A stretch of DNA of 64,000 nucleotides from Blasia pusilla (taxonomy: Eukaryota): the NCBI GenBank assembly GCA_050084515.1, contig CM114271.1, forward strand, positions 11,718,001-11,782,000. The letters run 5' to 3'. The first letter of the stretch is position 1. The number at the start of each line of letters is the position of its first letter. The position numbers and the translations under genes were made by a program. A model generated the notes under the pieces. It made no database searches. It was not told where the DNA came from and worked only from the letters and a program-made list of their open reading frames with translations. This document shows, piece by piece, positions 52,700 through 64,000 of the stretch.

Positions 52700-55600
52700 C
52701 TTTTTTTTTAATTAAGAAACCCCTTTCGCCGTACTCACATGGAATACTAATATCCTCAATTGACATCCCTGATGAGCCACCAACATGGATATCACCAAGC
52801 CATAATTTATGTGACTTCATACCTACTACAGAGGATATGCACGTTACACAAGCTCATCAACCTATTAATAATGATCCGAGTATTATTGAGGACAGTTGTA
52901 TTGGGCAATATGACAATGTTATCAACAACGGACGCAAAACTCATACTTTTGAGGTATCTATACATGTCAGTCCTATAGTTGTTCAGCAAGTATCTTTTGC
53001 ACCTCATGGTTTAAACTTCCCATCTGAGAATGTTTAGTCACCAATGCAAAATGTTGAAATAGTTTCAAAAGTCAATAAATCTCCCAATCTTGCACGAATT
53101 CAAAACTTCCAAGAGAGCAATATTAAAAAGTTAAGATTACGATGGAGTGTCAACCATATAATCGGTAGTCATGCTATTGATTCTATGATAGAAATATGCC
53201 CTTCATGCCATGCCCTATATTGGAAGTGTGAAAAGGTGAAGACTACAAGGTTTCAAAACTCACCTTTTGGTATGTGTTAAGATCATGTAAAAGTACAACT
53301 TCCGTTCTTTAAGGCTTTTCCTCCGTTTTTGAAATCATTGATTTATGGTGTTGGAGCCCAAAGTCTTTAATTTCTTTCCCACGCTCGAGCTTATAATTAT
53401 GCTCTTCAATTAACATCTATCAGAGCCCAAGTTAGGAAGGAAGTTGATGGCTTCAAACACTTTTGTATTCAAGATGGTATTTATCATTGTATCGGTTTTT
53501 TGCATCCTATTGAGTGAAGTCATCCACAAGTTGTTTAAATATACATTGAGAGATATATAAGTCGTATTTCAGATCTAAATAAAGCATATGTTCGATTACA
53601 TTTTATTCTATTATTTATCTATGGTGGAGCAGGTTGGCATCCTAGAATACCACTTGGGACATTTAGCGAGGACAGAGCTGCCATATTCCTACTCCAATGG
53701 AAGGAGAGCGGGAAGGATTAGATGATGGCATTCAAGAAGAAAGAATTGATGATGACTTACCATGTGAAGGAAGGAAGAAGACGGTTATTGCTCTATAATT
53801 TGCCTCATTTCGACTACAAAGGCGTGTTGGGGCTGAAGATGATAATATAGTGTTTTGTTTTGGTCGTCATACTCAAGAGTATATGGTTGATATTTATGCC
53901 ACCGTAGAGATGCAACGACTATCTTAGGGTTTGCTTGAATCAAAGAGAGTTGTGAGCTAAATTATATCAAGATGTAAAGGATGCAATGCATTAAAATGAC
54001 GGAAATGATGCAAGGTTTGGGAGACGCTTTATATTGCCTTTTTTTTAGTGGGGGTCCACGCCATATGCATCAAATATATAAAGATGAAATGGCCATTGTA
54101 AGAGACCTCGGAAAACCCGATTATTTTCTTACGATGAAGTGCAACCCAAAATGGGAGGAGATCACATCAACACTATTATGAGGTTAACAACCTATTGACA
54201 TACCAAATTTGGTTATTAGAGCTTTTGAAAAGAAGAGAATAGAATTACTAAGGCTGATTCTTGATAAGAATATATTGGGTAGGGTTGTAGGATGCATCAA
54301 TGTGGTTGAATTCCAAAAAAAGTTTACCTCATGTACATATTTTGATTATTCTAGGTAATGAGGATAAGCCACGCTCTACATCTCATTATGATGATATTGT
54401 ATTAGTTGAGATACCTAATCCCAACACTCATCCAAGACTTCATTCTATTATAGTTAATTGCATGCTTCATGGTCCATGTGGACAATTGAATCTAAATGCT
54501 TCAGGCATGGATAAGGAAACAAAAAAAGTGTACCAAAGGCTATCCCAAGCCATTTGCGACCATGACTACAGAGAGTGAGGATTGTTATTCAATTTATCGA
54601 AGGTACGCAATCTATGCCCATGTTTAATATTTTTTGTCTCGCCATGATTTGTAAATATTTTTCAGGAAATTTTGTAATGTTTTCTTCCTCTTCCTTATAT
54701 CACAAATTGGATAATGGAATCAAGATAAGGAATCATGATCAAGCTTTGGATAATCGTTGGGTTGTTCCTTATAATCCTTTGTAATGTACTCTCTTTGATT
54801 GTCATATCAATTGGGAGATCGCAAATACCATTTTTACTGTGAAAGACTAATATAAATATGTATATAAGGGATCAGATGCCATCTCATTTAAGGTGTCAAA
54901 TGATGCAACTACATCCGCGACAATGGATGTTATTAATGAAACCTCATATTGTTTGGATGCAAGGTAAGAAGTCTTTGTTTCTTTTCTCTTTCGTCACTTC
55001 AACATTTCGGGGCATTATAAAACAATCTATTCTATACTAATATATTTTTATTATATTTTTATGCTATTTTTGTATATATATATTTTGAGGCATGTTGGAG
55101 ACTTTTGAAGTTCAACTTATATGCAGAACATCCAAGAATTGTAAGATTTGTAGTTCATCTTCTAGAGACGTAAATAATCTTCTTCAACGATCATGATATT
55201 ATAATGGATATTCTACAAAGAAATAGGGAGACAACTCTTACACAATGGTTTGTAACTAATTGTTTGGATTACTCAGCTCGGAAGTATGTATATATGGATT
55301 TTCCATTCTATTATCCTTGGAGCAATAAGAAATAGATTCTTAGAATTCATAAAAGAAACGGTTGTGGTCATCCGATTGGTCGCTTATATCTATTTGCAAA
55401 TGACATACTGTTAAACCCTCTTCAAGTGCATTTTCATGATTTTCCAAATTATTTGCAATGCTTTATGTATTATATATATATTTATATTTACATGTATGTT
55501 TGTGTAGGTGAAAAAGAACGCCATTGGTTGCGGTTGCTACTTCATCATATTCAAGGTGCAACTACATATGAGTACTTGAGAACTGTGGATGGAGTGTTAT

Positions 55601-57820
55601 ATCCAACCTTCAAGGAGGATACTATTCAGATGAGTCTTCTTGAGGATGGTAGGGAAGTATACTCATACTTCCAAGAAGCTTCTGAAATCCGCACACGACG
55701 TACGCTTCGTAAACTATTTGCCATTATTTTAGCATACGACACACCTGCTCGACTTTATGAACTATGGAGTCAATTTCTTCTCTTGCTTATAGATGATATC
55801 CTATATGAACAACGTGAGGTAATTCCTATTCTTATTTCCTTTTGTACATCTCTTCTTTCTTTCTTCTATTAATCGACTTATTTCATGAATCGTGAGATCT
55901 ATACAGAAAAGAGGGATTCCTGATCTTGCCCCCAATGCTTTGATTGTTAATACCGCACTTTTGGAGTCCACTTTCATTTGCAAGATCAAGGAAAGAGACT
56001 ATCGGATTTCCCATATATGCCCCAAGCTGATTTCCACACTCAATCTTCCTATTCATATTTGGAACCAGAAGAGCTCCTTTATGATGAAGATTCATTATAT
56101 GAACGAGCTAGGTTAGGAGAGGAGAGTTTGAATGATGGATAATGATTGATTTGGAATGCTATGCATAATAATCTTGATAGCATCATTTCCGGAGATAGTA
56201 CACATACTTCCAAAATTTTCTTCATTGATAGACCTGGCGGAACTGGAAAAACCTTCTAATACAATCTTCTTCTTGCAAATGTACGAGGTGTTGGAGGTAT
56301 GGCTTTAGATGTTGCTTCATGAGGGATAGTTGCTTTGTTGTTAGATCGAGGATTACAACGCATTCACGCTTAAAGATTCCAATCAATGTAGATGAAAACT
56401 CTTCTTGTAAGTAAGTGTCTACTTAATTCATAACTTTGCAAGTCCATTGAAGAGTGTAATATGTTGCCCATTATACTAATATCTTTGAGTATTTTTTTGT
56501 AGTTGACCAATAAATAGCGAAGCTACACGCTTAATTCAAAGGACTTGACTTATCATACGGGATGAAGCACCTATGACCCATCCCCATTCATTCAAGGTTG
56601 TTAATTGGTCCTTCCAAAATATCATGGAAGTTGTATCCGAAGACTTGAGAAATGTTCATTTTGATGGTAAATTAATCATCTTTGGTGGGGATTTTTGGCA
56701 AGTCTTGCTTGGAGTTTGTCACGAAGACCGTCAAAAAATTATTCAAGCTACATTAAAGAGGTCATCTTTATGGTTTCATGTGAGGATGATGAAGCTTACA
56801 ACAAATCTAAGGGGTCAAAGTTTGGAAGTGAACATGCGTGTACAACAACAAGCGTTTGTAGATTGATTATTGGAAGTGGGAGAGGGTCGTGTATCTTTGC
56901 AAGCTCACTTGGGAGATGATTTTATACAATTACCAATTGATATGGTGACCAAGAGTAAGAAAATAAATGATCTTATTCACATCATCTATGAAAATGATTT
57001 TGAAAAGTTTCGTGACATAAATTTTTTGAGAGATATAACAATTCTTACACCAAAAAATTGAGATGTTGATGACATCAATACTGAGGTCATATCTCGATTT
57101 TATGGAGAGATAATATTGGTTTTCCAATAATTTAAATATCAATATCTCCATGGATTCTTTAAATGTATTATGCATTGAAGTTTAAATCATGTTCTAAGTT
57201 ATATTTGTTCTATGAAGGAACGTACTTTCCTTAGTCTTGATTCCATTCCAAATGAGGGAATGAGTCATGTCGATCCCACAAATTTTTTTTTAAATACGTG
57301 CTTACCGTATGGTTTACCACCACATCGATGTTTGAAAATTGGTTCATCTATCATGATCTTACGAAACTTGAACGGTTCAAAGAGACAAGCTAAGGGAACC
57401 CAATTCGTGATTCGTGGAATCATAATCGGGAGGAACACTGGAGATCGAGTGTTTATCCCACATATTCCATTGATTACATCAATATCAAATTTAACTTTTG
57501 ATTTATGTAGATTTTAATTTCCTATTTGTCTCGCTTTTGTCATGGCTATAAATAGGTCTCAAGACCAAACTTTAAAAATTATAAAAATGTGTTTATCTTT
57601 ATCAATATTTTCTCATATCAATTATATGAAATATTATAAAGAAGAGGACAAAGAAATGAAATTTCTATCTTAATAAGAAGTGAAGCACATTCAAATGAAA
57701 AGGGTCTCTATAAAAAATCCTTTAATAAAATATTTTTTTTCACAATTGATATTTTATACCCTTTAATTTTTTGTTTTTCAAAACATCCCTTGCAAAAGTT
57801 TTCTGACGGGCACTTACTAG
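52700..57820 (+). mobile_element. Decayed Helitron (Rep/HUH + Pif1 helicase) with recognisable 3' end; 5' end uncertain
   Basis: Zn finger CPSCHALYWKCE; GGPRHM...GKPDYFLTMKCNPKWEEI; LPHVHIL (HUH); MLHGPCG; DNRWVVPYNP; IDRPGGTGKT (~56225); DEAPM; FGGDFWQVL. Imperfect hairpin 57787-57810, then CTAG|T at 57817-57821. Confidence 0.93.
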
Positions 57821-59791
57821 TATCATGTAGTATAGGTTCCGATATGGCGCGCACCAACTGAAGGAGTTTTCCAGGTACAAGTTGCGGCCCGAGTTGCAGG
57901 CCGTGGCAAGTTGTTGAGCACCCTACATCGATATTGTAAAACCTGTCAGTTCCCCTTGACTGCAACGACTGTGACATGGCTCTCTGCTATTTGTCTGATG
58001 GACTTAGACCCATGTGCCTCGAGTCGGACCAAGTGGTACATCGACACGTCCCAATGTTCCACCTTGTCCTTCGTAGTCGTCTCGGACAGAACTTTATTTG
58101 TTTGTTTGTTGGGACGGCTTTTCCGGTGAAATTTCATTTCTTTGATTAGTGCAATTATACGAATTTAATTTGTGGGGATTACGCAAGAGAGTTTCCTAAT
58201 GTAATGCCATTTGCTCGGAATGCAGAATGCGAGTTACATCAGGGTTTGAAGGCACAGATAGTCAGTGTGACTGAATCTGTGTGTGTGAGAGAGAGTTATG
58301 AAGAAGAGTACACAGAGATTCGGACGCGGTCACTGGCACTGAACGATCTGCAGGTCATAGAGGTGAAAGGCAGGGGCTGAAATTTCAGAAGAACGGCTGA
58401 TAGACTGGAGTCCTTAAGAGGAAGGGGAAATAGAAGTGTGACGAAGTGGGACGGATTAACTCAGAGAGAGAGGGAGAGAAAGAGAGAGAGAGAGAGAGCG
58501 AATGCAGCGGGAATAGAACGCTTCATTATCGTCGGCGGTGGGTTTGCAGGAATTTGCCCAACGAACCGAGGGGTAGATCATGGTAGATCAAACACGTCGA
58601 TGATGATGGTGATGATGATCAGGTGTAGGAAGATCATGATCAATGCGCGTATATCGATTTTGGCGCAGAATGACGCTCAGGAACATGCCTTGCTACAGTA
58701 GCTAGAGGTAGTCGGGAAGAGTGATTTTCCATTATCCACTCATCATCATCAACCTTCTTGGGGCTCTCAAACTCTCGCTGTGAACCCTCTTCCTGCGCGG
58801 GGAGTGTGGTTTGAGAACTCTCTTGGGAACTTATCATTGAAATCAACATCTGGAACTTTACCGTCCCGGGGTTTCTCTTCGGCAGAGGAGAATCTCTGTT
58901 CTATTCGAGATTCTCCTCACACGCAATTACCTCGTCCTCCTAGGTTTGATGGCAGAATATATCTTGTAAGGTAACCTGGAAATTGATTGAGAAGAGCAGA
59001 GACTTTTTTGCCGTGTTTTTGAGGCGGTATGGTAGAATTTGATGATGGCGAGAGCGGACATGCAAGAGGGATCACTTACAGGAACGGAAACAAGTAGTGC
59101 AAGTCTTGTCGAGTGATGTGTGTGACATCTCCTCTGCTGCAATGAGTGCTCCGCATCACAAGCTCCCTGGCAGGTTCTTTCCATCCTTCAAGACCTATAG
59201 AAGACTCAGAGTTATGTTGGATCAGCTAAGCGTGTGCAGTATTTTCAGAAGTTGCGATGCGCTCTTTGCAACCCGTCGTTCTACAACGGGTTGCCCGGGT
59301 ACCTTGCCTTGTTATCTCATGGGTCAAAATTTACTTCTATGAAACGTTTTTCTACACCGTATGCAGTACCCGCCACATGGGCAGTATATTGCAGTGTCTG
59401 CTTGAATGATTATTGGTTGGGGTCAAGCTGGTCTTCAGTTGCGGATGATTAATAATCCGTAGCATTTAAAAACTGACAAGGAAAAAAACTGACAGGAAAA
59501 AACTTCAGAGAAAGAGTATTAGTGTCAGGATTGAAACGAGTAATTCACCTCTTGTCTACCTGGGAGGTAGAAGGTTCGTGTAAGCAGTTCCTAATTGCCT
59601 CTTTCGTCCGTGGATATATTATAGATAATGGGTGTGCTGAAGGTAAATCGTATCGGCAGGGTTATCATGTAATGGATCATACACTTAATTTCTTCCTATT
59701 TTCCGTGCGTGCAATTTTCTGTATTTTTTGAAGTTCAAACAGGGTTTGGGGACGCCCTTAAGAGCTTCCAGTGTCTACAGCTTTATCGTGA

Positions 59792-62700
59792 ATGATGTTG
59801 AGGTACAACGATGTGGAGGACGAGATTCTAAAATGATCCTCTGTGACACTCTTACTTTAGTGCCGATTGTAATGGAAGACACCATGTACTATTATAGTCA
59901 ATCATAGCAGGATAGCTGGAAAAAGAGCACAAGTCAAGGCCCTGAATGGTGTGAATATTCAAGGTTATTAAAAGGGTCAAATCGAGGAAAGTTTTCCTGT
60001 GGTTGACACTGCTCAGCTTGTGTTCATGGTCACAATTGATTTCTCAAAGGCTTCTAGCAGGAGTCATTTTCAGGGTTCCTGGAATGTGGGCCAACCTCCA
60101 CTCACATTTCTCCGATGGTTTATCCCTTGGAGGGTTTAAAGTATCTGGTTTTCTCAGCATTTCTATGTTGTGGTAATCTGGTGTGCTCTGCATGTACGCG
60201 GCTCTTGTTGTTTCTCTACATTCCGTTACTATGTTTTTTTTCAAAGTTAAGGGTATTGTCTACCACATGTGAAAATGATGTACTCAAGGTCATCTCCATA
60301 TTCCATCTGGGGATTTTTTCTCATTACATGATTTGGTGCGTTCTACAAATTGTCAAGCAAATTGGATTGATGAAGATGTACTTTTTCTATTTGTGGATAC
60401 AAACACATATACAGGAAGATGAGAGCAATGGAGGATGATTGAGGAACACTTGACTTAGTTTTGAATGTTTATGTACAGGTGTTGGATGTTATTTCCAATT
60501 AGTGGAGGGTCAGTTTCCTAAACTTTCTTAAGGATTGGCCTCAAAGAAACTACAAAGACAGGGTCTCCCTTGAAATGTCCTAACTGAGGCAGTTGTATTT
60601 TTTGCAGCAACATTACTTGTCGTTATTGGGCAACATCAGGAACATGTTTTTTTGGCGACCAATGCAATTTTGCACACAACACTGCTGATAGGGCCACGTC
60701 AGGAAGAGCTGGTGGGTACACGATCACGAGGCCATGTGGGTGATGTCTTAGAACACTCCCTAGTCTTCCGATCTGGATTATATCAAACTTTTGGTTTCTA
60801 ATGTCTATGAAGACAGGGTCTGTTTCTGTCTCTACTCTCTAAATTGTACCATGTCCAATTTTGGAAGTTGAAAAAAATACAAACTTGCAGGACTCGTCCC
60901 AGATGGGTAGTGAGTCGCTTCCCTCCTTTCAGCTTGGTCGATTGATGGGCCACATTTGAAGTGTTTGTTTCTTGCATAGTTTATGTGAAGCTTCTGCATA
61001 CTGACAAACAGTGGACGTCTATGAGAGATGTTTTTCAGTTCTGTCTGCTTTTGAATGCATGAGTGCTTCTGACAGATTGTGGAAGACTGGTACTCGTAAT
61101 GGTTTTGGCCCTTTTTATGCAGCTTTTGAAGTGGCCCCTCTTATTAAATAGGTTTCTGTGCCTTGGTTTTCAGTTCCTAAGCGTGAAAAGGCCTGCAAGG
61201 AGTTACTACTGACTGGTTATTGCAAGGTGGGATGACTGCTTGACTCTCCTAGCTTTCAGCTCCATAGAAGTGATCAATCCACTGAAATTGCTTGTACAAG
61301 TCTATCAGATCTTTTTGATGTCAATTCCAAGAGAGTTGATGAAAGTGATTGGGCCTATTCTTTCCAGAAGTAGACTTCAATAATGAACATTAATAACAAT
61401 ACCTCTGCAAACCATCAGATTAAAAAAGTCTAAGCAAATTTAGAAATTCGTAAAAATAGTCATGATATTCACATTTGAATTTTGATATTTGATAACTCTA
61501 GAAAATGCTCCTAACTTGGAACTTTTGAGAGAAAGAGAGTTTAAATGATGAAGCCTCATGGGTTCAAAAGAGGACATGTGTTACAATGTGATATGCATAA
61601 TTCTAAAGGGTCGACCACCTTTTCTTAATAGTATAGATACAAAGTATTTGTCGTGTCAAAGGAAGTTGGGTTTTTATCGAGAGAAAAGCAAAGGACAATG
61701 AGGGAAGCAGAATGAGACTAACAATGTGTATAGGGGTTATATTTGAGAAGACAGAGGATGCCTCGTTTTCACTTCCGTTGGATAAGCATAGAGCGTAGGA
61801 GGTACAGAGTACGAACTCGAGTGTTTTTTAAACTGGTGAAGTTTTAAAAGGGGATTAGTAAGATTAAAACCCATGAGTCATGCTCATTTAGATGTAAACA
61901 GCAGGTCTTTTAACCTCAAATATTTTGCCAGACTGACAAATGTTCTAGTAGGTTGCTCTGCCTATCTATGATCAGCTGGCACTTTGCTTAAAATTTTCTA
62001 CTCCATCCAAGATTTTGTGTCGACATGCATAATTGATTGCTTCCATTCGTGATTCAGAAAGTCCCTAAACAGTTTCGTTTTTGCTGTGTCCTGAATCCTG
62101 GCCATGAAATGGTTTCAAAGAATAAACAGGCACAAATTTTAAATCTTCTGTCTTGTGTTCAACTATTCTCTAGTCTGCTCACCTTGAAAGATCAGAGGTT
62201 TGGAAGCCAATTCTTCTATGTCTAAGGAGGTTTCTTTGTCCTGGTTGGGCTTTCTTGACGTTGGTTGTTCTCATTAATAATGGATGAAACGTAATTAAAA
62301 TTTTCCAATAACAGGAGTAGACTCACTACGGGCAGGTCATATGCTTGTCAGGTGATGTTTAAATCTCTGAAATCAATATCTAAGCTGTTGAAAGTTTTTT
62401 TCGCTAGGGAGTATTGCACATAGAAAACAGGAGAACCAATCTGTGGATCCAATATTGATTTTGATGTGATTTTGCAGAATGAGAACGATGGGTGTGAATA
62501 CAATCATAACATTCCGGGAGTAACGCGGTCTGGGTAAGCAGCTTCCTTCTCTACTCAAGGTGGGTAGATAAGACAGTTGTGTGGTGTCAGTTCTGGGTTT
62601 GCTGGCTGAGGTTCATGTTGTGTGGAATGCTGCTTAGCTTTTTATTCAATACACAGGAACTTTTACACCTGTGGAACTACAGGTAGGAGAATATTGTAAA

Positions 62701-64000
62701 GAGTATAAATGTAGGGACTTGTTGGTGATAGTCTTGTACATTTAGTTAGCCTCCCCTACAAACAAGCTGCATGTCTGCCGTCTTTTACCTTCAATGTTGT
62801 TCATTCAGGATTAAATTTCTGAGTTGGGATGTATGTGCAAGCTGCGTTTAGTAAGATAAACTTAACTTTTAAATGTATTCTGATTTTTTTGGGGCCATGT
62901 TTCACATCCTCATAGGCCACCTACTCCAACCAGTGTTGGTGCTGCCAGCTCTGCACCATCCACATGGACTGCTTCTTCAAGTCGTGCTGGGGTGTCTTCA
63001 ACTCCAGGCACAGCTGGTAAATTGCGAGCTTCTTGTTTCTTTCTACAGTCGATGCTTCATTGGCTCGATGCCTGGTGCTCCTATGTGATCAATCACGATT
63101 ATTTTGCATGATTTCTGCTCATAGTTTTGTATTTGTTGTTCTTTCCTCACAGCAGCTGCAGCTATTCGAAATAAAGGTCTTCCTGTCACTGCCCCAGCGT
63201 TTGTACCAGCGGCAGTAGCTGCTGCCCAGAGGGCATCTCTGACTGCATGGGGTGGTTTAACCCCTGGTGGAGGAAGTATCTTGACTAGTGTGAATGCACC
63301 AGCTGCTTATGTCACATCGACAAGTCTGACTGTGTCCAGTAGTACATCTCAAAATAATGGTGTGTTGTCAAATACGGGTGCAATTCCTGGCAACAATCTG
63401 AGCACACCCACGCCTCTTGGAATTGTGGGGCGATCACTTGAAGTCGAGCCTGGTGCCTCCTCTGAAGGTCTATCTGGTCCAACATTTGTGAGTGGCACTC
63501 TTCCAGCAAGTTTGAATGCCCAACCATTTGTGCCTAGTAGTTTACTGTCCAGCAGTTCTGTAAATGGGAGTAATTCTACGACAACGAGTTCCATTGCAAG
63601 TAGCAGCATCGGAAATGCAAATGCTGCTCCTTATGTACCTTCTGGTGTGGCTTCAGCGATTGGTGCAGCTCCATATGTACCAAAATCGAAGCAACACTTG
63701 CTTAGCGGTGCAGTGGGTGCAGGTCGACCTTTGGCCGACCAGTCACATCTTGGGATTGGAGGTCCATCTCAGCAGATGCAAATTCGTCAACAGATGTCTC
63801 AGTTTCAGCAGCACCATCAAGCTGCCCATATGCTGGCAGTTGCCGCCCGGGGGAATGCTATGAACAGCCCTTACATGAACATGGATGTTCCAATGGTCAT
63901 GCCTCCTTTCAGGTTACCTGATGGGGATGATCCAGCACTGGGCATGACTGCGATGTCACCACCCAATCCTGCGTTTGTTCTTCCTCTAACTCGTGGGACG
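59792..64000 (+). CDS. PAN3: PAN3-like poly(A) nuclease regulatory subunit, N-terminal part (2 CCCH fingers, PAM2-like motifs); continues beyond window
   Basis: Phase-consistent GT-AG exons: 59792-59802 (start tentative), 60608-60711, 61174-61226, 62478-62533, 62916-63016, 63153-end. They give CRYWATSGTCFFGDQCNFAH and CKELLLTGYCKNENDGCEYNH (PAN3-type C-x8-C-x6-C-x3-H), then a low-complexity region with LPVTAPAFVP, SLNAQPFVP, NANAAPYVP, IGAAPYVP. The pseudokinase domain is not in the window. Confidence 0.72.

Overview
Eukaryotic, intron-containing plant DNA, probably from a non-flowering land plant such as a bryophyte (inferred from Tcn1-like Ty3/gypsy elements with PHD fingers and a PAN3-like gene). 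About 80% is nested, decayed transposons. Two host genes look intact: a 5-exon PHB2-type prohibitin (minus, 38332-40018) and the 5' part of a PAN3-like gene (plus, ~59792 to window end). Transposons: two Ty1/copia copies of one family (one with both LTRs and a CTATT TSD), a CACTA end at 7467, a complete PIF/Harbinger element (24467-30612, TAA TSD), several gypsy remnants with very short LTRs, a LINE ORF1 and a decayed Helitron. The most unusual feature is a Mutator-like element at ~7468-20152. It carries two divergent spliced genes: a ParB/Srx-like gene on the minus strand, not shown by the ORF track because of C-to-T stops, and a Zn-finger/DDE/SWIM transposase on the plus strand. It also holds roughly 40 copies of a 29-bp palindrome, TGCAACCCGTCGGA-N-TCCGACGGGTTGCA, in repeat-spacer arrays restricted to introns and the intergenic region. 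This resembles a ParB/parS arrangement inside a plant transposon. All domain calls are by-eye motif recognition and need HMM or structure confirmation.
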